NCBI GenBank assembly: GCA_008632985.1
Contig: QPGO01000013.1
Coordinates: 744,001-808,000 of the forward strand
Direction of reading: 5' to 3'
DNA length: 64,000 nucleotides
Source: Psammoneis japonica
Lineage: Eukaryota
Under the pieces are notes generated by a model, which saw only the letters and a program-made list of their open reading frames with translations, had not been told where the DNA came from and ran no database searches. Within the stretch, counting starts at the first letter, position 1. Every line of letters starts with the position of its first letter. Shown here in pieces: positions 22,491 to 34,900 of this stretch. A program made the position numbers and the translations under genes.

Positions 22491-23358
22491 TTACTTTCCT
22501 CGTGGACCAGTGTACTCCCCGTTCGGTCCCATGTGATGCCACGGTACAGTGGACTGCCCTAGATCTGATATATGCCTCAGGTATCCATTCATACCACCCT
22601 CTCGAGACCAATGGTCGAGATGCCACTTGTCGTCCGAGAACTCGATCGAGTCAATTGATAAATGCCACACGGTCCGGCAGCATTTACTTGTGACAAGTCT
22701 GTTTGAGCGGCGGCCCTTGCTAGGCATAGACAGCCCGCAGCGTGTGTCACGATAACAATGCGGTTCCTGGTTTGTATGGAAAGCGCCGATTGAATTCCAT
22801 CATGGCACGGTCACATCGTGCTTGGAACTCTGATTTGTGTTCTGGTATCGGTGGTATGAACAAATTTTGGTGGGATATGTCAAGACGTGGAAAGTAGCAC
22901 TGACGCTCTTGTAGCGACGGCAAGCAAAGTGGTGCATCGCTTCCGTCCAAGTCAATTTCCCATACGCTGCATTCAGGATTAATCATGATTGATTCAGCTC
23001 CTCTGGTTGCAACCATTGCATTGAGCATGTCTGTAGAGGTTTGTATGCATCGGAGAAAGGGAGATGATAGCCAAGTAATATCCTCACAAGTGTATCCTTC
23101 TCGAGAAAAGATTGAATCCAAAAAAGCCCCCGTTTCACGTGCCTGTTGATGTCCCAGTGGACTCAGGGGAGGATCGCCCTTGCGCAAGGCCGAGTCCAAC
23201 CATTCTGGATGTTGATAGTCCCATCTCGCACCGTGCCGAATAATGTAGAGCGATTGTAGTCTTTCAGCAGGACTTTTCCATGATTTTTGCCGTAACTCCT
23301 CGTGTCCCAAGCCATTTCTAGATGCAAGCAGTGAGAGGACTAGCGTAAGCAAACCCAT
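22491..23358 (-). CDS. Histidine phosphatase (phosphoglycerate mutase superfamily) with two apparent frameshifts (~22760, ~22640)
   Basis: IIRHGARWD, DPPLSPLG, SSPFLRCIQT; the second catalytic motif IVIVTHAAG and the C-terminus lie in other frames; hydrophobic N-terminus. Confidence 0.8.
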
Positions 23359-23581
23359 TGTCGAATGACATTATGCAGTGTGTAGTGCGAAAATGCCGTC
23401 GCCATGGCCCATTATCATACGTACTGTACACTGTACGGTGTACAGTAGCACCGGTACTGCTCATCGGTTTTGGAGCTGTGTGCTGCAGCGTTCCTGCGCA
23501 TCTGCGTGCGTGCGAGCGCGCGAGACCCTCCCAAGCCGGGAGTGCATCACGACTAGACGGCATCACTCACAGAAAAAGACC

Positions 23582-24690
23582 ATGACGACGGCGACAGCAA
23601 TGAGGAGCGAGAGCATCGTAACGGAAGCTGACTCTGATGATGATTTTTTGATTGTTAAAACAAAGCAGAAGAAACATGGACGACCTTCATACAAGGGTGC
23701 GAAGTTCTTGCTTCTCCTGATTGCTGCGTTCCTGCTTGTTCAATTCGGCTGGAGACGAGGTGTCGCCTGGGAAGGGCAAGTAGAATCAAATGACAAGGAG
23801 AAAGCCATGGTTCAGATAAAACGAAACCCATTCTTTATGTTCATTTTCACAAGAGCGGTGGTACGACTGCATGCAAAATTATGAAGACCGACGTGAGGAA
23901 TGGCGGGACAGCTGGCGGCTGCAACAAGCAGCAGAACACTGCAACGTGAGCTCGTGGAGGTTTCAATCGAAACAGGGGTTGGACTGCCGCCCGTTCTCGA
24001 AACAGAACTGCCACAAATTGTAACGTTACACCCATTGGTCCTAAATTCAATGTGGGCATCTACAAGGACCAACAAAACTGCAAACACATTGAGCGCTTTG
24101 CGAATGAAAATCCTGATAAGATGTTTCTCGCAATAGAGGTGCCATTGACCGAGGCCTTACCGTGCAGCAATTCCGAGTTTCGATCCATGGCAATCATGAG
24201 AGACCCGGTACAACGGGCCTTGTCCCACTTGAATGTGCACAAGGTTTCAGAGCAACAGGCACTCGCTTGGATACAGAGCAAGGCGCCCTGCCCTAGTTGG
24301 AGCTACGTGAGCCGGTACCCTATTCTTAATAACATGATTACTCGGCAATTGATAGGACGAGACCGCTACAATGATACACAAACACCCATCAACGACCAGG
24401 ACTTGGTTCGCGCAAAAGAAATTGTGGATCAGTTTGACGTGTTTGTTCCTTTGGAATACTTGAGCCACACCAAGGTTCAAGATGTGCTTGAGGCAAAGGT
24501 TCCAGAGTATTATAAACGCTTTCGAGATCATGGTGGTGGAGACTTTGCCGCTAACAAAGCCAAGGAAGAAAAGAAAATTCCTAGGACCGATGAGTTTGTA
24601 AAAATGCTGGAGAAAGAGAATGCGTATGACAGAAAACTGTATAACTACATGCTTCAAAAGTTGGGAATCCGCGAGAGCGCTGCGGAGTGA
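23582..24690 (+). CDS. Type II membrane sulfotransferase-like protein, with a frameshift (~23805) and an in-frame TGA (~23948) or unresolved intron
   Basis: N-terminal TM anchor; ILYVHFHKSGGTT (5'-PSB-like) in an alternative frame; MRDPVQRALSH (3'-PB-like); C-terminal NAYDRKLY. Confidence 0.65.
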
Positions 24691-24774
24691 CGAGAATCAT
24701 ACGAGATTGGACTTGTTGTTCTAGTCAGTTGGTGTACAAGCTCGCTATCGTTAATGCTACGTATAATATGAACC

Positions 24775-25641
24775 TCACGAGTCAAGTGTTCGGGAGGCAA
24801 GCCCCTTCAAGTGGAGAAGGTCGCGGTTTCTCTCGAGGAATTCACAGATCGAGCCCCAGTGGTCTCGTCTAGCATACGAAAGGGGAGTGTGTCCACGCTT
24901 GTCACTCATGAGAAGCAGGTCAGGACAACGCTCAATCAAGATGGTCAAGACGCCAAAGGCTGGCTCTTGGGCCCAACAAGCATCGTGAGCAGGCGTTCTT
25001 CCGTAGTCGTCTCGAAGGCGAATCGAGACGTCGGCCTCCTCCATGAGAAACTTGAGCACATTCTCCGATCCTCGACGACATGCCATGTGGACAATGCTCT
25101 CTCCAAAGCGGTTGCAACACTGAAGATTCTCGCCGGAGTGCATCTTGCTTCGTAGCTCTTGGATGTTCTCTGTCTTGATGGCGTCGATCATGTCATGGTC
25201 GTAGCCCGAGAAGTTGTCCGTTGTCATCTCCAAGAAGAAGTTCTCAAGAGATAAAGAGTCGATTGATGCAGTAGAGTATCCATTTGACTTGAGGATTGAT
25301 TTGAGCAACTGCTCTGGATTGGTGTTTCGGTAGATGCTTGTATCAGTTCTCGTTCGTGAAGAGGCGGAGGCGGGGCCCTGAATCACAACCATTGGAGACA
25401 AGCGACCGGTGCTTGATTTGGAACTCGTTGGCATGGGGCCTGTTTCCATTCTTCTTCTCTTGTTACACGTGTTTGATGAATGGAGTCTTGAGGTAAGGCT
25501 TGACGTGGACGATTCAGCCTCGTCACAAAGCACTCGTTTGTTTGGCCGGCAATGTTGCGGACACGACATGGACGCATCCGTTAGATCATCGTCAGAGACA
25601 ATGCGGCATTCTGGAGGTTGAGTGGACGTAGTAGATGTCAT
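24775..25641 (-). CDS. Ankyrin repeat protein
   Basis: NRFGESIVHMACRRG, DDYGRTPAHDACW, DKRGHTPLSYA; Ser/Thr-rich N-terminus. Confidence 0.9.
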   Translation of the reverse strand: MTSTTSTQPPECRIVSDDDLTDASMSCPQHCRPNKRVLCDEAESSTSSLTSRLHSSNTCNKRRRMETGPMPTSSKSSTGRLSPMVVIQGPASASSRTRTDTSIYRNTNPEQLLKSILKSNGYSTASIDSLSLENFFLEMTTDNFSGYDHDMIDAIKTENIQELRSKMHSGENLQCCNRFGESIVHMACRRGSENVLKFLMEEADVSIRLRDDYGRTPAHDACWAQEPAFGVLTILIERCPDLLLMSDKRGHTPLSYARRDHWGSICEFLERNRDLLHLKGLASRTLDS

Positions 25642-26448
25642 TGTTATCGAACACTAGCAAAAATAATAAGTGCAATGCAAACATGTGACGACGCATTTCA
25701 ATCTGCCTCCTGCACTCGCTAATCGTGATTTTGTGGGCGACGTGGTGTCGTGGCACAACCACGACGCTCAGCGAACGTGTTCGCTGATCGGATGCTTAAA
25801 TAGGTAACCATCTGTTCAGAAATGCGACATTCTTATGACAATGATGACATCATAGTACCATTAATCTCATGTAGCATGTACGTGGAAGAGAAGCACTCAA
25901 GACATTTTTGACGTCATCTCCCTACGTGGCTTCGGCAGGACAGAAAGTCATCTCGCTCCCCGCCATCTGCTCCAAAACATTTGCGGGCGCCTTTTGTTCT
26001 GACATTTTGAAGTGCGCCATCTTGACCAACGTTGACGTCGTTTTTCTCTTCTGCTGGCGGCTGGTTACCTGGCGACACGCGAGACGTCAGATTGTCTCAA
26101 ACCCCTGGTTAAGGAAGTAGGTCTACCGGTATCCAGTAGGACCAACCTTAGGACCTAGGCCCTAGAGTGATACAATATCTAGTATTCAGTAGAAGCCTAA
26201 CTTAAAACGCAAAATTTCGAACACCTCTACACTTTCGCTCGATAATGTATACATCGACCTAGAGGAACTATCTCGATATCGAATATCAGTCCTAATCCAG
26301 AAGTTATCAAACAAGCATGGAGGTCACAGACTGCAAAGCATTTGGAATGCTCAACAGAGGAACAAGCGCATGTCACGGACGTATCCAAGCTACAAACTCA
26401 TCGAGGAAACAGTAGCACACAGGTCTCATCCACACAAGCGTAGCCTCG

Positions 26449-26931
26449 TCAGCTGTTCTCCCTTTCCCCAACTTTCAACAACGCTACAACTTCCACATCT
26501 TTACAAATAGCATCATTTCTCCTGTCGTTGTGTCTTGTTGCCTTGATGTCTTTTTCTTCGTCTTGTTCTTGTAGGGTTCGTGTCGTCTCTTTTCTCGGAT
26601 TGCTGACGCCTTGTTCGGAACGATACTGGCGAACCATGGAGTGAATGGGGCTCCTTCTCTTTCGTTTGATCAGTTTCCTCCACGCTATATTCCTCGTTGG
26701 AATCCAAAAGACTGGCTAGAGCGCTAAATGAGGATTCGATGCAAAGTTTGAATTTGACAAGCCATCCATAAAGAGTGGACACGGATGGGAGTCGTCCTTC
26801 TCTTCAAGTTGTTGGCTGTCTTTTGTTGATGCGCCAGTCAACGTGTTCGAGTCGGATTTCAGCGAGCTTTGTTGCGAGTCTGTCTCGACTGCCACATCCA
26901 TCATATTGGTCATGACTGTTTTATCCTCCAC
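26449..26931 (-). CDS. Small hypothetical protein (frameshifted) with a CPLFMDGL motif
   Basis: Overlapping short ORFs read as a coherent acidic-then-basic peptide across frameshifts; function unknown. Confidence 0.35.
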
Positions 26932-27692
26932 CAGTACTTGACGACAGCTACAATCAAAGCCAGAGAAATAGACCCAGTCACAAACAAAAGGAGCAGCAGC
27001 CGTCGTTCGAAAACAGGGTCGAACGTGGAGTTCTGTTTGTTTTGACCCACTAAACGGGAAAAGGGATGTTTAATTCGTTTTCGGTTAGAATCGATGGCTT
27101 TGCTTTGGTTCTTGCGATCTACGGGCATTACAAGCGAGATACTTTCGCAGGTTAGGATCCAAGAGCGTAAATATTATAAACATACACTACCACAGCACTA
27201 GATCACAGGAGAGAAAGGCAGAGAAAGACGGGAAAAGGAAATTGAACAACATAGAAAACATCGCGGAGGAGGCGGCACGACCACCGGGGGAAAAAAGTGC
27301 GCGGAAAGGAGCAGAAGCGAGAAACAAGCCTGCACCGCCCCGCCCCGGCGCGGCGCCCGATGCGTGCGTGACGGCATCGTTTATCAAAATATTCAGATAG
27401 AAGGATACGGAATGATCGGAATCGCTGAAGGTCTAATCCAATATCTAAAAAAATCGATGGTACTGATCTTCCTATACTTTTACATACGAGTTCCTCTGTA
27501 TGTTTTCTACGAAATCAATTCGGCGGTATGTTTTCGCGCCTAATTTGAGCGATGGGAAATGGCACACAACAACGCACAGCAAACGATACCGCCCAACAAG
27601 ATCGAAAGGAGGTGTGTGGTTGCTATTGTGGCACTCTCTTTACACGATCGCACTCTTGATTAGGAGTTCATAAGCGTCTTGTTGTGTCAACC

Positions 27693-28960
27693 ATGGGTCA
27701 AGAAACGAGTAACGTGCAAAGTTTGGGGACGAAGAATCCTTCTACGACGGCAATGACGACACCTCAAAATTGCAGTCGACGCACCGTGTCACCAGAACGG
27801 CGGAAGCAAGTTCGTCGCCGCCTCACAATGGGCTTTCGACAAGAGTCCCCGAGAGTGCCAGTCGAGTCGTTTTTTGCGACTCCGAAAAGAAAGAAATACT
27901 TGAAAACAGATCCTCCAACGAGAAGGACGACGACGACGATGCTCCTCTTCCCACGAAACGTCGCTTAGCGTTTGGACGTCCAGTCGGCGCAAGCTCCCAA
28001 ACCTACGTCCCTCCCCATGTCAAGGAAGTATACAGGGTGATTCAGAAGCAGAGTGGGGCTATCGGGGGAAATGGTAGCTTTGGTGCTATCTATGGGGAAT
28101 TAACAATGGGTTCCATGCAAAAATGATTGACCTTATGAAGCTTCACACGAACCTTGACGAAACGTCCAAGTTTGTAGATGTAGGCTCTGGACTGGGGAAG
28201 CCCAATATCCATGTTGCACAGGATCCTGGTGTAGCTTTTAGTTTTGGGATTGAAATGGAACGCGTGAGGTGGATGCTGGGCATGAGCAATTTAGATCAAG
28301 TCTTGGCACTTGCCGCCAAGAAGCAGCGACTTGACTCTGAGCAACAGTCTCCTATTGGACACAACTGCATGTTTTCCCATGGGAATATACTGGATGCGAC
28401 GACTTTTGACCCCTTTAGTCATGTTTACATGTTTAGTATGGGTAAGCTTCTTCCGTGTGCTTTGATCGCTTGCTCTTTGCCGGTGTAGCACTGTCTCTCA
28501 ATCTCCCTTTGGTTCTACGCTTCTTCAGATTTCCACCAAACTTATGGGTTGGACTATCGAGAGGTTCAACAGGAGCGTCTCTTCAGAGTATTTGATTTGT
28601 TATCATGCGCCAAAGGCCATCATTGATAGATATGGCTTTGACGTGGAACTTATCACACAGACTAGCACCTCGATGCATGGATCCAGTGAAGGCCACATGG
28701 GCTACATTTACAGGCGTACACCCGGGCAACGAAAGCGCAAGTCGCCAAAATCTGAGCTATGCGATGCACTTTTCAAAGACGCGTATGAGCTGGTGAAGAA
28801 GTCTGACCTGAAGCAAATGATCGATCACGTCACCTCTCATGTTGAGGAGCAGTGTCTATCCGGCCGTCGGACGAGATCCAGTGGCCTCGTCATGTCTGCG
28901 CTACCCGCCGCAACTTCACAAGAAGAGGAAAAGCGAAGCAAGAGGAGACTGACATTTTAA
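27693..28960 (+). CDS. DOT1-like SAM-dependent (histone H3K79-type) methyltransferase; intron ~28442-28528; several 1-bp frameshifts
   Basis: YGELTMGSMQK, FVDVGSGLGKP and SFGIEME match the DOT1 family core. Confidence 0.75.
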
Positions 28961-29103
28961 CGTAGAGAAAGGGGGTGGGGTCTTAAAGTATAACTAGTTT
29001 AACACGATTGCAATGTTCTAATAGCTTGCCAGACGAAGTAATACTTCTTCTTTTCTATTTGTTACATTTCTCTATCGTCTAGCTAGCTACAGGCTGTCAA
29101 TGC

Positions 29104-31423
29104 TTATGGTCGCTCCGATCCCTTCTTCAGTTTCAGTGCCCAGAACGCCATGGTTCGAGGGACAACAATTAGAACGAAAAGCATTCCCAATTGAAACCAA
29201 CCGAACCAGTCACGCTGAGATAATCTAGCACTTGGTCGGGAGTGGCGTATTCGGCGTCTCCGTCTCCACAGACCAATTCTAGTACGTTGCTGTCGTCGCA
29301 GGGGACAGGTTCATTGAAACCGAGCTGGACAGAGCCATTGTATGCATATTTGAAGGGCGACAAGTATTGAAACCACGTCATGAATGTGGGAATATTATCA
29401 ACGTAAAACCCAGATGCGACCATGAGCGTCACGCTCGCAACAACGAGGATAGCCATTGCTCGTTCAAAGTCCAACACTGTCGCACCAACAAACAGACCAA
29501 TCGATTCACCAGCAATCACGCCGAGTAAGGTGAAACCAAGCGTACCGATAAACACGACAAAATTCGTGTTTACATTGGCCATCCAATAGGATATCACAAC
29601 GTAAATGAACGGCAGGACCAAAGTTACCGGTGCCTCACTCAGAGTCTTGGCCATAAAGTATGCGCTCAAGTGATAGGATCCACTTGCTCGCTCCTGAGAT
29701 CAAAGCCACAAACGTCAGTCAGTGCTTCACAATTGAATCTTATGATCTTTGTTATTTTTCAATGTACTACGTACCTTGAGAATAATGACTCGTTCCTCGG
29801 GAAAGGCAAACAGGGCGCCAAAGAGACTGTCGAAAATAAAGAACGTAGTCGTGAAGAAGTAATAGGAACTGCGGTCACTCACGTACTCTTCCGTGTAGGG
29901 CATGTTGAACCAAAGCAAACCCGCAAGGATTCCCAAACAGACACTCTTGACAATGTTGAGCAATGTAAAGATGGCTGATCGACTGTTCTTCATGGAGCGG
30001 TGCGTCAACACGACAAACTGAGTCCACCAAGACGTGTTAAATTCAATCTTGGTCTTTTTCCCTTTAGGCTTGGACGAAAGCTGGTTTTCCTGGCCAAGTC
30101 CAAGGGCACCACGGTGGCTTTCATTCCTTCTCCACGCATCAATCAAGACGGATTTACTGGTTCGCGGGGCAGTCAAGGTTGCAATGGATGTTTGAAGCTG
30201 TTGATCGAGCATTGACGATCGTTGCGATTGTCGACTCGACTTGCGTTGCCAACTCATGAGCGACGATCGCCTACGCGAAGCCGTTGGCTGAGAAGGATCC
30301 TGATTGCTCGTGCCAGCCATGTGTCCGTTTTCGATATCCTCGATAGCATCTTCGTCTTGTTTGGAACTGCTGCCAGTGTCACTCCCCTCGGGTTCGTCCT
30401 TGATGCTGTGCTTCTCTGCTGGCTCGTCGTCCAAGGACATTACCAACAGATCCATCCAGTAATCCGCCACATTGTAACCAGGAGGGCACGGATACCCTTT
30501 GTCTTGAAGATAAGACAAGGAATCCATGGGACTACCATGATAGACAACACACCCGTCGGTGATCCAGAGTATGGATGAAAACATTTGATACATTGCCGAG
30601 TTGGGTTGGTGAATGCTCGTAATGATTGTCTTTTGCTGATTTGTTGCCAAGTTTTGCAACATTTGCAAGAGCGCAAACGCAGATGTACTATCTAATCCTG
30701 TCAGAGGTTCATCGAGCAAGATCAAAGTTGGATCCGTCAAGAGCTCCGTGCCAATGTTGACGCGTTTCTTCTCTCCCCCACTTAGCAGTCGAATCTGAGT
30801 GTCGGCGCATTTATGCAGTCGAAACAGGGTCAGCATTTGATCGACAAGCTGGTGCTTATCTTTGGTGCCACCTGGTAGCCTCAAAAGCGCTGTATAAGTA
30901 AGCTAAACGAACAACACGGGATACTCTGGGTGAGCAGAAGCATTCAGAACCGTCGTTGAAGTAGACTGGAGCAAAGAAATAGCCTTCGTATAGAACTCAC
31001 CTGATCTCGTACAGTCAAGTGACCAAAAAAGGAATCTGATTGGGTAATATACGCAATTCTTCGTTTCAGCTGCTTGACAGTCAAGAGTGATGACTCATTG
31101 TTCCCTCCCTCCTCGGCCGAGATGGTACCAGCGTTGTAAGCGCGACGCCCAGCCAGCACGTCCAACAGCGTAGTCTTTCCGGAACCAGAAGGTCCCATGA
31201 TTGCAAGCACTTGACCCGGGTAAGCCGCACCCGACACTTGATTCAATATCACCTTTTTGCTATTCTTTCCAGCAGTTCCAGGTTCTTGAGTTTTTGAAAT
31301 TGAAGTTCGCATCAACCCCTGAGAGGCTTCTGCGACTTGTACAGTTTTGGAAATGTCTGCCCATCGTAGAGTACAGAGAGAAGATGGAGAAGAACCGCCC
31401 CCTTCTATAATACTTTCAGCCAT
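29104..31423 (-). CDS. ABCG (White-type) half transporter; introns ~30905-31000 and ~29696-29774
   Basis: Walker A GPSGSGKTT, signature LSGGEKKR, Walker B LLDEP, H-loop SIHQP and a C-terminal ABC2 membrane domain; apparent frameshift near 29180. Confidence 0.92.
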
Positions 31424-31930
31424 TGTCGCTGACTCTCTTTCCTTACAACCAACTTCGCTTTGTGTGCTACTGTTGCATGCATCTCTTACTTCTCATCTCT
31501 GCGCCATGTCATTTTGACGACGACGTTCACCTTGGGGCTGACGCAGAACACAGAAGAAGCGAGCGAGCGCCAACAGTTTGACACGATTGGCCATGCGGAG
31601 CTCGCGCTATCTCGTAGATATTCTACTAGAAAAGAACGTATGTAGGAAATACAAATATGTCGTACTGTACGAAATTGAAATAAAAACGGAGCTTCCCGAT
31701 TCCCAGCCCCACTTACTAGCCTGCTGAAGCATCATCCATCCAACATACCATACACATTTTTCATTGTCTCTACTCTACTCTCTCTACTCTAGAGTAGAGA
31801 AGGCCCCTCTCTAGCTAGCTAAGAAAGCGGGTAGTGCTACCGCATGACTTTCGAGCTCTACCACATTCCACCGGTATACCGGTAGGGAGCTCTGCTAGCT
31901 AGAGAGCCTACCATAGAAAGTATGGTTGTT

Positions 31931-34900
31931 CTACAACCAAGCTTGGTAGTTAGGTGCCATCATGCAGAGCCTATTTGGATCCGTCGCCTGTTCCAGCAGC
32001 TGGGCGACACGATGATCCACAGGCTCTTCCTCCAACTCACTGCTGTTTTTTGCGGGCTTCCTCGGCTGGCACTCTTCAAATCGAGACTGAATCATGGACA
32101 CATTCTTGGCGACTCGATCAGAGAGTTGCTTTTCCAGTTCCTGCGTCTTGACGTCGCTTTTAGCCATGGACTTTGAGGTATACCAAGACACAATGTCATC
32201 ACGCAACAGTAAGCGAAGGGCCGAGTCGAGTTCCTCTTTATGACTCGTCACGGCGGCTGCAACCGTCGCAACGGATGGAATGAAGCGACCCTCCATCATG
32301 GTTGGACCTATGAGATTAGAAATATTGGCTGTCATCCGAAATGGAATTTCATTGCCGTCAAGAAACCCTAGATTGAAGCGAGCAAGTGCAAGGTGAGTTC
32401 AGAAGCTCAGTTTGGATGCAGAAGTACTCATAAGCAAAAGTACCCTACCTTGATTGCTATAAGCAAGGCGAAACTCTGGTGATACCACCCGCCCATTTTT
32501 GACGCTAAACACAACTCTCGACGGAGTTCGCTCAACAACGCACAATGCATGTTGCATCAAGGAATCAACCGCCAGCTGCTGCGCAAATGACCGACGGAAT
32601 TGAAACAACCGCTCTGGACCATCTATCCAGGAATGGACGTGCTTCAAAAGCATCTTGTCATCCACCTTACTTTCGCACACCTCCTTAAATACCTTGAGCC
32701 TTGTAGCCTGTTCGATATCTTTTGGCGATGATTCGGCATTCTTGCTCTGTTCTTCTGTGTTCTGCGCTGCGTCTTCTAGAATTTTCGCCACTTCTTCCTG
32801 AAAGTACGTTGCGACACTGTCAAAAGACGTCCCATCGTTTTCGCAAGCTTCTCTGTAGGCATCATCCAGAGATATCCTCCCGTCGGCTTCCGCCGTCATT
32901 CGCAACCTTTGGGCAATCGGAATAACAGCACTAGGTTGTACCGACAAACTCTTGCGACAACTCATCATGTCACGGCGAAGCACTGTGTCCAATAAATAGT
33001 GTAGCTGTGTGGTGCGCTCATCTGTGCGTGTCCAATACGGGATAGCAAATTGCAGCAAGAAGCGGTAGCTGCCATGGCGGAAAACAGGATCAGAGAAAGA
33101 ACGCAAAGTAAGCCAACGACAGCGCAAGGGAAGGCAAGTAGCGTGAAAAACGTGAACTAGGAAGTCTTACCTTTTCCCATCGCTTCCCACCATCCCTATC
33201 CGTCGAACTAACTGTTCGTTTCGTCGAATAACATGAACGTTCGATTCAAATTTCACAAGTTTCGCATGGAGCTCCGGACTCGGTTTCGAATCTTGCACAC
33301 TTATACTGTTTGGAACATATTGGCCCGGGATTTCGATGCTCGCGGATCCGCCTCCATAGTGACCCCCGACTCCCTCTAACGCAGCCGCAGCCGCCACTGC
33401 GGATGCGGCCGCAGCTGCAGCTGTACTGGCAGCCAAAGCGGATGATGCGGAAGGCTGACTGAGACTTCCACTCGACGACTCTCGTGCCCGCTCCCGGGAC
33501 GAGCTCGATTGACGAGGATCACAAGCCCCAGCCCAGAGATCTGGAGTGTCACTCGCAAACAACGCCAGTGAAGGAGATGATTCAACCAGAGGCAGTGAAC
33601 TTGGTGTTGATGACACCTGAGATTCCAAGAGTCGTTTCCACTTCTTAAGGCGAGAAAGGAAGTCCCTTAGACTTGGCTTATTTGGTTGCTGAGGACTGTT
33701 CTCAGCATCCCCGATAGCGAAGTCGGATTCAAATGCGTGTCTGTATTTCTTCTTAAACTCGGCGGTCTTTCTGGCTCTCTCGTCCGTCTTGTTCGGATTC
33801 GAGTCTGATGGAGATGTATTGAAGAACTTAGCAGATATTCGCCCTAATGTTTTTGCGACTGACGCCAGAACTGCATCTCCGTCATCATCGCTTTTTTCGG
33901 GATGTTTCGACTCTGCACGTTCCAGAAGGGCCGATATCGTAGCAAGGAGCTCCTCCTCGTATGAAGGGCGAAACCTAACTATGAGCTCTTCGAGTATGGC
34001 CTCCAGTGAGGTCCACAGTGTCGGGTGTGCCCGACGCAACGACGACATGAGTTCTTCCGCAAGAACCACTGATCCTTGGTCCTTTTCTGGCACTGTTGCC
34101 GACCCCCGAGATCGCACCACGTCCCTTCGTTCAAGGTAGAACGCCCGGAGCGAGAAGTAAAGCGCCTGAGGGTGAGATTTGACGATCCCGGTGAGAATAG
34201 CTTTCGCGGCTTTTCCTTCGATTCTGCACAAGCTTGTGAGCAGCTGCGGTATCCATGGAAGCCATACCCAAGGCGGAAGAGTCGCTCCGCGTGTCTCGAG
34301 CGTCTGGCAAAGCACGCCCGGAGATGATCCGTCTTTCGCAAGCATCCATAGACATCTTGCTAGGTGGATTCGAGACCACTCGTGAGCATCGCACTGAATA
34401 GCTTCAAGGTAGCATCCCATAGATTGGGCCAAGTAGAGTGCTACTTTTTTCGTAGCAGCCGCAGAAGCATCCTGCACCATACTCAATGAACGCGTGCATG
34501 AGATTCGACGATAACGGAAAACAACAGAGACTGCCAGACCTTACCGCCCCGGCTTCCGCACTCGAACTAGCAGCTTTGCTTTCATTCTGCTTCTCTGTCA
34601 AGAAACCGAGCGAGGCACAGAGACCGCCCCAACTCACCCACGCTCTAGAATAGGAAGGACAAATTTTGATTGAGTGACAATACGCCTGATTCGCCTTAGA
34701 GCGCCCGCCAAGCGAAGCGAGAAACATAGCTTTCAGACGAAAGAGTTCACTTTTCTGCGCCGTGTCGAAAAAAGATAGATTGGTTGTGTTCACCATATTC
34801 AATCCCCCAGTTCTCTTTTATCAGACTCAGGATTGTCGTATATGAGGATTTGTTCCCGGAGTTTGGAGAATGCATCTGACACGTCCATCGCGCAGTCGGT

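Noticed and set aside
3689..24690. Alternative genetic code or selenocysteine explaining in-frame stops (TAG 3818, TGA 11861, TGA ~23948)
   Set aside because: TAG, TGA and TAA all terminate intact genes in this window; the stops are sporadic.
25747..25768. Hairpin gtcgtgg-cacaa-ccacgac upstream of the ankyrin gene
   Set aside because: A 7-bp stem is expected by chance in 64 kb.
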